From IMG/VR virus record IMGVR_UViG_3300037467_001050, positions 1-64,000 of that record: 64,000 nt of DNA. The stretch is one strand, 5' to 3'. Below the pieces are notes generated by a model. That model did no database searches, was not told the DNA's origin, and saw only the letters and a program-made list of their open reading frames with translations. How positions within the stretch are numbered: the stretch's first letter is position 1; every line of letters starts with the position of its first letter. The translations under genes and the position numbers were made by a program. Shown piece by piece: positions 56,128-64,000 of this stretch. Origin of the DNA: a virus.

Positions 56128-58413
56128 ATGAAGAAGGTCATTTTCCGGGATTACCAGGAGGAGGTCGCCGACGACCATAACAACCTCCAGGACTACATCT
56201 ACGAGCAGCTCGACGACGTCACGTCGGATACCGTCTCCACCGGCCGCCGGTACGCTGGCATGCTGGTCCAGAAGACGGGTCAGGTCGAGGTGACGGTTGG
56301 CGTCGGCCGCATCTACGATGGCGGTCTCGTCTACAAGCGCCGCACCTCGTTCACGCAGTCGATGTCTCAGTACACGACCGCCGCGGCCAAGCGCATCGTC
56401 GCCATCACGGCCTACGGCAACGAGAATTTCACGGACGAGAACGAGCGGGACTTCCTCGTCGACGTCGACAACAACACCGTCGAGCCGCAGCAGGTCTCGA
56501 TGTCCACGTCCCGCGACGTGCAGCTGGTCTTCACGGCCGGTGCCGAAGCGGCAGATCCTCAGCCCCCGCCCGTACCGGCAACTCACGTTCTGATCGCCTA
56601 CGTCGTGATGGACACGACCCAGGTCATCTCGGTCACGATGCTGGTCGACAACCAGGTGGTCAGCACCGACAGCCTCGCCACCCGCGCCAAGGCCCTCGAA
56701 ACCTTCAAAAGCCAAATCGAGCCGCGCGTCGGTTCACTTGGCGCCGACCTCGCCGACCTCGCCAACCAGCTGCGCAGCTTCGCGAGCCCCGAGACGCTCG
56801 CCCGCGTCTACCTCGACGTTGCACGCCTGAAGTCGGCCCTGAAGTTCCCGACCAACTCGTCTGGCTACGGCTCCTTCCCCTACCTCGACCTGTCCTACTC
56901 GGACACGACCAACGCGGCGCAGCTCGGCTACGACGCCCGCGTCGAAGAGGGTATTCGCTTCCCGGTTGCCAACGCCGACAAGAAGGCGATCAACATCTTC
57001 GCGGCGAACGACCCGAACGCCAAGATCACAAGCGGCATCCTGCTGCCGGCATACACCGAGGAGCTGAAGCTCCAGACCGGCGACTTCTACTCCGAGTTGG
57101 GCATCGCCCAGTACGGCTTCCAGACGCTCACGACCAAGACCGGCTACATGAGCCGCTCGCGCATCCGCTACGGCGGGTCGCAGACGGTCTGCACCAACGG
57201 CACATGGTGGGGCACCACCGGCCAGCCGATGCCGGAAGCTGGTCTCTACGAGCCAGAAAGCGTCCCGATCCAGTTCCAGGACGACGTCTCGAAATACTAC
57301 CATGGCGTCAACGCCGGTCTTGGCGAGGTGATCCGCACCGACACCTACTGGTTCGACACCTGGCAGGAGCCGTTCAACTACACGGTTACGGTCGACAACA
57401 CGATCACCGGTGCTCAGGTCGCTCAGACCCTGCTGGTCTCGAACGACATGTGGGCGACGAAACTCGGCTTCTACATCACCGCCAAGGGCGCGAACGAAGA
57501 CATCAAGCTGATGGTCACCGAGGTGACCAATGGCCAGCCAGACCTCTCCAAGGTCATGATGAACGCGACGTATCCGCAGGCCTCGATCGTGGCTGGCTGG
57601 AACTACGTCCCGATCAAGCCGACCTTCTTCCAGAAGGGCAAGCGTCTCGCGATCGTCCTCGTCTCGAACGCCAACCACAAGATCGGCATGACGAGCGGTC
57701 AGTCCTACGTCGACGGCACGTTCTTCTACTCGACCGACAGCATCTACTACCAGGGCGACCTGACCAAGGACATGATGCTGCAGGTGTTCGGCGCGAAGTT
57801 CGCCGCATCGCAGGTCACAATCCCGTTCGCGGCGCTCAACCTCGACGGCGGCATCCGAGACCTCGACATCATCGCCGAGATGTGGGTGCCCTCGAGCACC
57901 CAGCTGATCTTCGAGATCCGCCCGAATGGCTCGGGCGAGTGGCTCGCGATCACCGATAACGACGTCACGAACCTCGCCGGCGCCCCGCCGCTCTGCGAGT
58001 TCCGCGGCCGGTTCATCGGCACCAAGGACATGATGCCCGCGCTCAACCTGAACGCGGCCACCGTCAAGATGTCCCGGCCGAAGACGGCCTTCAAGCACGT
58101 CTCGCTGGTCGAGGTTGTGCCGAGTACGTCGTCGATCACCGTCAAGGTCCTGTTGGAGCGCTTCAACGACCTGCCGCACGACTACGATCTGTCGCTCTAC
58201 ATCACGGCCGGACCCTCCGGCACGCTGCCCCGCATGGAGACGGCGGACTCTGTGGTCACGAAGCTCATCGACGCCAACGCCGGCCGCTACGAGCGGACCT
58301 TCGTCTTCAACCTGGATGCTCCCGCAACGGGACTGCGCTTCGTGCAGACCGGCCAGACGAACTCGCCGACCTCGACCTACCACGTCGCGGAGCTCGACTA
58401 CTACGTCGTCTGA
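56128..58413 (+). CDS. Large baseplate/tail-fibre-proximal protein
   Basis: 761 aa after gpI; beta-rich; GAGGAA RBS. Confidence 0.65.
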   Translation: MKKVIFRDYQEEVADDHNNLQDYIYEQLDDVTSDTVSTGRRYAGMLVQKTGQVEVTVGVGRIYDGGLVYKRRTSFTQSMSQYTTAAAKRIVAITAYGNENFTDENERDFLVDVDNNTVEPQQVSMSTSRDVQLVFTAGAEAADPQPPPVPATHVLIAYVVMDTTQVISVTMLVDNQVVSTDSLATRAKALETFKSQIEPRVGSLGADLADLANQLRSFASPETLARVYLDVARLKSALKFPTNSSGYGSFPYLDLSYSDTTNAAQLGYDARVEEGIRFPVANADKKAINIFAANDPNAKITSGILLPAYTEELKLQTGDFYSELGIAQYGFQTLTTKTGYMSRSRIRYGGSQTVCTNGTWWGTTGQPMPEAGLYEPESVPIQFQDDVSKYYHGVNAGLGEVIRTDTYWFDTWQEPFNYTVTVDNTITGAQVAQTLLVSNDMWATKLGFYITAKGANEDIKLMVTEVTNGQPDLSKVMMNATYPQASIVAGWNYVPIKPTFFQKGKRLAIVLVSNANHKIGMTSGQSYVDGTFFYSTDSIYYQGDLTKDMMLQVFGAKFAASQVTIPFAALNLDGGIRDLDIIAEMWVPSSTQLIFEIRPNGSGEWLAITDNDVTNLAGAPPLCEFRGRFIGTKDMMPALNLNAATVKMSRPKTAFKHVSLVEVVPSTSSITVKVLLERFNDLPHDYDLSLYITAGPSGTLPRMETADSVVTKLIDANAGRYERTFVFNLDAPATGLRFVQTGQTNSPTSTYHVAELDYYVV

Positions 58414-58449
58414 TCCGACGCTTGCAGGAATGCAAACGACAGATCCTGA

Positions 58450-58476
58450 GGGTCGCCCAACCGGGCGGCCCTTTTT
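58450..58476 (+). terminator. Intrinsic terminator
   Basis: GGGTCGCCC-AACC-GGGCGGCCC-TTTTT. Confidence 0.75.
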
Positions 58477-58500
58477 CATTCCGAACATGGGACAGGCCTG

Positions 58501-58668
58501 ATGCCCGCCAACAACATCGATCCGGAGAAGCAGTACCGGGTCAAGCTCAGCAAGGTCGTCGAACTCACTCCGCATGTGTTCGCGCGCCCTCACGACGCCC
58601 TCGTGGTGAAGGGCAAGGTTCTCAGCACGATCCTCGACAGCGTCGAGGCCTACGAGCCGGTGGAGTAA
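58501..58668 (+). CDS. Small 55-aa tail-module protein (below ORF-track cutoff)
   Basis: MPANNIDPEKQYRVKL...VE* fills the gap; GGA/AGG upstream. Confidence 0.6.
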   Translation: MPANNIDPEKQYRVKLSKVVELTPHVFARPHDALVVKGKVLSTILDSVEAYEPVE

Positions 58669-58674
58669 CGCCGG

Positions 58675-59424
58675 ATGAGCAGGCGCTATGAAACGATCTA
58701 CAGGGTCAAGCGCCGCGATAACCTCGGCGATCCTGACTACTGGAATGTGCGCCTCGAGGACATCGACCGGCGCGTAGATGCCAACGAGGCCGCCCTCACG
58801 AACCTCGATGATGTCGCGGCCCGTGTCGAGGGCGCCGCCTTCGACCGCATCAACAACGTCATCACTCCCATCGTTGTGGAGACGATCAACAGAGTGGCGA
58901 CGATCGCCAACCTGTTCTCAGCCACCTCGGCAACAGAGAACACGCTGGCCTTCGGGCAGACGGTCTTCGTGGTCGATGCCGGACAGCGCGAGACGTTCGC
59001 GCACCAGAACTACGTCTCGATCACCCCTGCCGACACCCGATCGGCAGGTCTGCTGGCTCCGGTCCTCTCCTACGACCGGACGACGGGCGCGCTGGTGATC
59101 GACCCTGAGGTCGTCTGGGGTTCCGGCACCTACGCGAGCTGGCTGATCTCCGCATCGCAGCCCGCCGACGCGCACGTCCTGCGCAAGGACAACCCGCACG
59201 AGACCACGGCCGCTCAGGTGGGTGCCTACACCCAGGCGCAGGTCGACAAGATCGTCTCCGATGCAGTCGCCGCTGCCGTCTTGAAGCTCATCGGCAACGC
59301 CTCCGTCAACGGCGACACCCTCGGCGAACTCGAAGCGCTCATCGCCGGCCTATCCGCGACCGTCGCAGCCAACGCCGCCGCAGCAACAGAAGAAGCCGTC
59401 GCCATGGCGATCGCGCTCGGATGA
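58675..59424 (+). CDS. Tail-associated protein
   Basis: DNPHETTAAQVG and GDTLGELEA motifs seen in fibre-associated proteins. Confidence 0.6.
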   Translation: MSRRYETIYRVKRRDNLGDPDYWNVRLEDIDRRVDANEAALTNLDDVAARVEGAAFDRINNVITPIVVETINRVATIANLFSATSATENTLAFGQTVFVVDAGQRETFAHQNYVSITPADTRSAGLLAPVLSYDRTTGALVIDPEVVWGSGTYASWLISASQPADAHVLRKDNPHETTAAQVGAYTQAQVDKIVSDAVAAAVLKLIGNASVNGDTLGELEALIAGLSATVAANAAAATEEAVAMAIALG

Positions 59425-59433
59425 GGTGACCTC

Positions 59434-59763
59434 ATGGCAGTCGATTTTCCGAACTACAGCGACGCGGCGCTCCCCGCCGGTCGCACGAACCTCACCGGCT
59501 ACGTCCCGGCGGGCCACAAGTGGGTGGTGACGGGCTTCGTCATCGCCAACGGCGATACCGCCCCACAGACCGTCGTGGTCGAGAAGTTCACCGGCACGAA
59601 GTGGGTGAAGCTGCACCCCGGCCTGACGATCCTCGCCGGCCAGTCGTTCAACTTCCCTGGCGACGGCGCCAAGCTCAACCTGATGCCCGGTCAACTTCTC
59701 GCGCTGACGCCGAGCAAGGCCGGCGTCTTCGATTTCGACCTCTCGGTGATGGATAAGAGCTGA
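59434..59763 (+). CDS. Small beta-rich tail-associated protein
   Basis: GAGG RBS; coupled to next gene. Confidence 0.6.
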   Translation: MAVDFPNYSDAALPAGRTNLTGYVPAGHKWVVTGFVIANGDTAPQTVVVEKFTGTKWVKLHPGLTILAGQSFNFPGDGAKLNLMPGQLLALTPSKAGVFDFDLSVMDKS

Positions 59764-60875
59764 TGGGCGCGATCGGCTTTCTCCCGGCCACCGCGCCGCT
59801 CTCGGCCGAGCAGCTCGCGGTCGGCGACAAGCGCTTCGATCGGCTCGACGGGGGCAATCGCAGCCTGCACGTCTTCCCAAACGCGCTCATCAACTCGAGC
59901 TTCGACCATTGGCAGCGCGGCAACGGGCCGTTTGCTTTGACTGGCGGTGGCAGCATTTACGGACCGGACAGGTGGCGCCTGTTTAACGTCGGACCGAACG
60001 GTTCCGTGACGATCACGCGCCAGCCGCTTTCATTCGGCGACTGGCCGTCTCAGAGCCGCCTATCCGTGATCTTCGGTGGCTCGGGGAACACGGCGACGGC
60101 TGATGGGATCGTATTTCAGCAACCGATCGAGGGCGTGGACACCTTCGCCGGCAAGCGCGTGGTTGTTCGCGGCGGGATCCGTTTAGTCTCCGGCGCGGCG
60201 GGAAGCAAAGTCTCTGTTGAACTGGTGCAGAATTTCGGCACCGGAGGCTCCGCTTCGGTGTATACCGACGCTGGTCGTGTCGCTCTTAGTGGCGTGTTAA
60301 CGCCATTTGCTGCGATTGTTGATGTGCCGTCGATGGCCGGAAAGGTCATCGGCTCGGCCGGAGATTTCCTGGGCCTGCAATTCTGGTGTTCTTCCGGATC
60401 TGACTATGCTGCCCGCACCGGAAATCTCGGTTTTCAGGCAATCACCGTTCAGCTCGTCGACGTCGAGGTGAAGGAGGTCAAACCCGGCTACGGCGACCAG
60501 TATCCGGGGTTTGAGCGAGTTCCACGTGAGACGGACTACGATCGCTGCCTGAGGTTCTATGAGCAATCGTGGCTCACTGAAGTTGATATCGTGGGACTGA
60601 ATACTGCGGTAGGATTTGGTACGGTTCACCCGACCGGAGCTTGTCGTATCGCGGTGCGATACAGGAAGCGCAAGCGCATCAACCCTGTACTCGCTATTGC
60701 CGACACTAATCTGATACGCGGAGCCGTCTCCATCTACTACACCAGCAGTAACAGTTGGGTCGGCGGCCAGGGATACTCCCTGCTGTCCGGTTCGGCGGAA
60801 GGCTTTTATTTTGGCCATAACAACCCCAGCTCGATCGAGACGCAGGGCCACTACATCGCAAGCGCGGATTACTAA
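59763..60875 (+). CDS. Tail fibre/receptor-binding-like protein 1
   Basis: NALINSSFDHWQRG...PDRW jelly-roll motif; C.RFYE; ends IASADY. Confidence 0.7.
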   Translation: MGAIGFLPATAPLSAEQLAVGDKRFDRLDGGNRSLHVFPNALINSSFDHWQRGNGPFALTGGGSIYGPDRWRLFNVGPNGSVTITRQPLSFGDWPSQSRLSVIFGGSGNTATADGIVFQQPIEGVDTFAGKRVVVRGGIRLVSGAAGSKVSVELVQNFGTGGSASVYTDAGRVALSGVLTPFAAIVDVPSMAGKVIGSAGDFLGLQFWCSSGSDYAARTGNLGFQAITVQLVDVEVKEVKPGYGDQYPGFERVPRETDYDRCLRFYEQSWLTEVDIVGLNTAVGFGTVHPTGACRIAVRYRKRKRINPVLAIADTNLIRGAVSIYYTSSNSWVGGQGYSLLSGSAEGFYFGHNNPSSIETQGHYIASADY

Positions 60876-61020
60876 TCATTGGCATCCAGGGCGGTAATGC
60901 CGGGCTGATTGAGCCTGCGCCCTGGCACTCCGCCGCCTGGCTGACCGCCAACCGCAATCCCGCGCCCGCCGGCTTCGCCGCGCGGCTCGATCCCGCGCGC
61001 CACCTTCGGAGCAATCACCT

Positions 61021-62358
61021 ATGGGTTACATCGGACAGGCTCCCGGCCTCGGCCAGGAGCTTGCGTTCCGCTTTGTCGGCGTGGCCGGTCAAGGCGTGAT
61101 CGCCGGCCGCGACATGCGCGGCTTACCCCTCGTCTTCGTCCCCCGCTACGTCGAACTCTACCGCAACGGTCACCGCCTCACAGAGGGCGACGACTACACG
61201 ACCGACGACGGCTCGCAGATCTTCCCGCAGGGCTGGAGCATTCAGGCCGACGACGAGCTCATCGTCGTCGCGAAGGCGCCCTTCAGCCCGGCCGACACCT
61301 ACTCGCGGGCCGAGGCGGATGCGAGCTTCAACCGGCGGCGCAACCGCAGCCTCGATCCGGGGTGCCGCGTCGCGCAGCAATTTGGCACCACCTCGATCCC
61401 GCTCACAACCTCGTCGGGCATCTACTATGTCTCGGACGGCATGGTTGTGCAGCGCGGCGGTACGGTCGGCATGGCGTCGGCGCAGCGTATCGCGTCGCCA
61501 ACACCGGGCGGGTCCGGTTTCCGCAACCGGATCACCGTCACGACCGCGAACCCGACCCCCGGCGCGCAAGACATCCTGCGTGTCGCGTTTCCCGTCGAGG
61601 GCAATGAGATCGCGGACCTCAAGTGGGGCACGGCTGCGGCTCGGCCATTGCTGAAGCGGTTCGGGTTCAAGTCACCTATCGCCGGCACATTCCCGGTGTC
61701 GGTGGTGAATGCCTCGGGAACGCAGTCTTATGTTGCTGCTACGGTCACGGTGCAGCCCGGCGAGGTCAATTCAGATCTGGTACGCTGGATCGTCATCCCT
61801 GGTCCGACTACTGGATTGTGGCCGAGCGACAATGGGCTGTCTTTCACGATCAGCATCGCTCTTCTAGCTGGGCCTAGCTACCAAGGCGTAGCTGGCTGGC
61901 AAAACGGCGTGTTCTACGGCCTCTCGACCGGCATCAATGGCATGCAGACTGCCGGACTGAGCTTCGACGTCTTTGACTTTGGGATGTACGACGTTTCGGA
62001 CATCACGAACCCCGCTCCGTTCCGGTTTGAACTGGCGCCGCAACGGGACGATGAGTTCGCTTGTTTTCGGTACTACTGGCAGGCTGATAGCGCCAATAAC
62101 GCAATGTATACCGTTTCTACCGGCGGTCGAATGATGAACCAGGGGTCAATAACGCAGTCGTGCTATGCAGCCATCAAGCATGCGCGAAAGATGCGGATCG
62201 CCCCCAACACCACCATAACTTACGATATCAGCGACGGGGGTGAGCAAACCGCGTCAGGACAGCAAAGTTCGACGGACTTGACGATTTGGGGTGTAACCGT
62301 GCCGCCGCAAAACTTCCTCGATATCCATAATTTCACCGCCAGCGCGAGGATGATCTGA
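61021..62358 (+). CDS. Tail fibre/receptor-binding-like protein 2
   Basis: MGYIGQAP anchor; N..LDPGCRVAQ; CFRYY; ends FTASARM. Confidence 0.7.
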   Translation: MGYIGQAPGLGQELAFRFVGVAGQGVIAGRDMRGLPLVFVPRYVELYRNGHRLTEGDDYTTDDGSQIFPQGWSIQADDELIVVAKAPFSPADTYSRAEADASFNRRRNRSLDPGCRVAQQFGTTSIPLTTSSGIYYVSDGMVVQRGGTVGMASAQRIASPTPGGSGFRNRITVTTANPTPGAQDILRVAFPVEGNEIADLKWGTAAARPLLKRFGFKSPIAGTFPVSVVNASGTQSYVAATVTVQPGEVNSDLVRWIVIPGPTTGLWPSDNGLSFTISIALLAGPSYQGVAGWQNGVFYGLSTGINGMQTAGLSFDVFDFGMYDVSDITNPAPFRFELAPQRDDEFACFRYYWQADSANNAMYTVSTGGRMMNQGSITQSCYAAIKHARKMRIAPNTTITYDISDGGEQTASGQQSSTDLTIWGVTVPPQNFLDIHNFTASARMI

Positions 62359-63425
62359 TGACCCGGTCCGCAGAACAGGCCGGCATTCAGGCCGGCGACC
62401 TTCAGGGCATGGCCATGGCCAACATGGCCGTGAACTCATTCTGCGAGATCAGCCAGGAGAGGGGCAGCAGTGTTGTGTCGACCCCGAACGCCTCGGCGTA
62501 TCCGGTCGACCAGAACTGTTTCACCTCCCTCGGGAGCATGGTCATCACGGCGCAGCAGGTCGCCAACCCGTTCCCAACGGTGCCGAACCTGCTCAACGCC
62601 GTGAAGCTGACCGTGACGACCGCGCAGGCGACGCTCGGCGCGAACGATCTCATTCAGTGGTATCAGCCGATCGAGGGTGTGCGCGTCAAGAAGCTCGGCT
62701 GGGGAAGCCCGCTGGCGCTACCGCTCACCAGCGCCCGCTTGTTCCGGGCCCTTCAGAACACGACGATTTACGTTTGCATTCAGGACAAAGACAGCACCCG
62801 CAGTCGGTTCAAGCGCGTGTTCCTGCCGGCCAATCAAGACGTGCTCGTGTCGAACGTCTTTCTGCCGGACACGGGCGGGACATATCCGAGAGACAAAAAC
62901 GCCAGTATCTTTGATCTCGTCATTCTGGGGGCGGGTTCGAACTACCAAGGGACGCCTGAGATCCTGAATACGTCGGGCAACAAGAAGTGCGGCGCGGATG
63001 TGGGCAACTTCGCGGCGACGGTCGGCAACACCCTCTACGTGTCCGGCCCGGTGATGTTCGCCGGTATCGTTCCGATCAGCAAGGAGACGTTCGCGCTCAT
63101 CAATCGGCACGTCTCGGACGAGTACCGTCTGTGCAAGCGGTACTGGCGGCAGAACCCGGTAGGTTTTGGTCTGGGTGGGGGCACGACTTCGTGGCAGGGC
63201 TATGCCCGCTTGGAGGAGCCGATGCGCGACACACCTACCGCGTCGATCAATGGAAGCTCAAACCAGATCATATTCAACTGGATCCAGTTTGCTACGCTTA
63301 CCAGTATTACGGGCATCGCTATGAACGGTGACGACTTAAACTTTCAAGGCACCGGATCCGGCATGGTCGATAGAGTTATGGGAGCGCTTGTGCCGGGCGC
63401 TCTCAGTCTGAACGCGAGGTTCTAA
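62358..63425 (+). CDS. Tail fibre/receptor-binding-like protein 3
   Basis: N.AVNSFCEISQE; WYQPIEG; CKRYW; ends LNARF. Confidence 0.7.
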   Translation: MTRSAEQAGIQAGDLQGMAMANMAVNSFCEISQERGSSVVSTPNASAYPVDQNCFTSLGSMVITAQQVANPFPTVPNLLNAVKLTVTTAQATLGANDLIQWYQPIEGVRVKKLGWGSPLALPLTSARLFRALQNTTIYVCIQDKDSTRSRFKRVFLPANQDVLVSNVFLPDTGGTYPRDKNASIFDLVILGAGSNYQGTPEILNTSGNKKCGADVGNFAATVGNTLYVSGPVMFAGIVPISKETFALINRHVSDEYRLCKRYWRQNPVGFGLGGGTTSWQGYARLEEPMRDTPTASINGSSNQIIFNWIQFATLTSITGIAMNGDDLNFQGTGSGMVDRVMGALVPGALSLNARF

Positions 63426-63427
63426 TC

Positions 63428-64000
63428 ATGGCGATCACCGCAAAGTACAGCAACGCCGGCAAGACCAACGTCAACGTGACCCTGGAGCCGGGCGATCACC
63501 TCGCCTCGCTCAACGTCCAGGCCGAGCACACCATCCCCGGCTACACCATCCCGGCGCACACAGTGCCGTCCTTCGTGCTGGATGGGGTGACCTATCCAGC
63601 GCGTGACGTGCCGGCCGAGGACGTGCCCGAGCAGCACATCCCGGCAGGGAAGACCACGACCTACAGCGTGCCGTGCGATGACGCGAACCCGGTGTGGGTC
63701 GCGCTGAAGGCGCTCGTCGACGCCGGAGAGGTGGTCATCGCCGACTTCGAGCCGCCGCCTCCGACGGTCGTGGAGGAGATCAGCGACCGGCAGTTCTTCC
63801 AGCAGCTGGCGATTGAGGGCGACATCACCGAAGATGAGGCGCTCGCGGCGGTCCAGACCGGCGCGATCCCCTCGGATCTTCAGGCGGTGATCGCCACGCT
63901 CCCGGCCGACCAGCAGTTCAACGCCAGGATGCTATTGGCCGGCGCGACCGTGTTCAAATTCTCCAACCCGCTCACCGCAGCCCTCGCAGCCGCGCTGACG
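63428..64000 (+). CDS. Tail fibre assembly/chaperone-like protein (runs off window)
   Basis: ISDRQFFQQLA..G.ITEDEALAAV..G.IP...QFNARMLL.GAT.F. Confidence 0.6.
   Translation, partial: MAITAKYSNAGKTNVNVTLEPGDHLASLNVQAEHTIPGYTIPAHTVPSFVLDGVTYPARDVPAEDVPEQHIPAGKTTTYSVPCDDANPVWVALKALVDAGEVVIADFEPPPPTVVEEISDRQFFQQLAIEGDITEDEALAAVQTGAIPSDLQAVIATLPADQQFNARMLLAGATVFKFSNPLTAALAAALT

Larger units (their letters stand above)
1203..58435. promoter_or_regulatory. Dispersed 14-bp element TTGCA-GGAA-TGCAA, about 23 copies
   Basis: Minus strand: 1203, 4965, 6749, 7868, 9586, 12141, 12376, 15408, 16580, 21415, 22322, 24222, 24564, 27734, 28772, 30770. Plus strand: 2005, 36176, 43324, 44894, 49610, 53867, 58422. 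Confidence 0.85.

Noticed and set aside
10572-58593. Long antisense ORFs (e.g. 10572-11954, 14130-15428, 17242-18954, 43783-45195, 51039-52568, 56734-58593)
   Set aside because: Shadow frames opposite real high-GC genes; no recognisable motifs or RBS
59763-63425. Diversity-generating retroelement acting on fibre genes
   Set aside because: No reverse transcriptase and no TR/VR pair with adenine-specific mismatches noticed in the window
1-64000. CRISPR array
   Set aside because: The repeated elements are dispersed or have an 11-bp period; no repeat-spacer array or cas gene was seen
50095-64000. Missing sheath, tube and tape-measure genes as a sign of a defective phage
   Set aside because: P2-like order (V, W, J, I, fibres, then sheath/tube/TMP) predicts they lie beyond the window

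Overview
64 kb of a high-GC tailed dsDNA phage genome, with no host genes seen. The gene families suggest a myovirus-like phage (contractile-tail baseplate) of Alphaproteobacteria, probably Hyphomicrobiales such as Methylobacterium; the host is an inference. There are two divergent arms meeting at an AT-rich non-coding junction (about 34.4-35.4 kb). The left arm (1-34.3 kb) is almost all minus strand: replication initiator, RusA, a plus-strand CI-like repressor, cytosine MTase-like protein, flavin reductase, SH3-like repeat protein, PRTase, rIIA with a truncated rIIB, M28 peptidase, LuxR HTH, a ProQ-bL12 fusion and many small ORFs. The right arm (35.5-64 kb) is plus strand: small ORFs, frameshifted phoH, holin-like gene, TerS, TerL, portal, a tRNA/ncRNA island, scaffold, major capsid, Mu-like neck genes, P2-like baseplate V/W/J/I and tail-fibre-like genes. 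Four things stand out. (1) About 23 copies of a 14-bp TTGCA-GGAA-TGCAA element, nearly all at gene junctions and always co-oriented with transcription (stoperator-like). (2) A tRNA island in which three tRNA-shaped RNAs have rebuilt or missing anticodon arms. (3) A ProQ/FinO-bL12 CTD fusion protein. (4) An 11-bp-period iteron array present both inside the rep gene and 31 kb away. All family calls come from recognising motifs by eye; no searches or folding programs were run.
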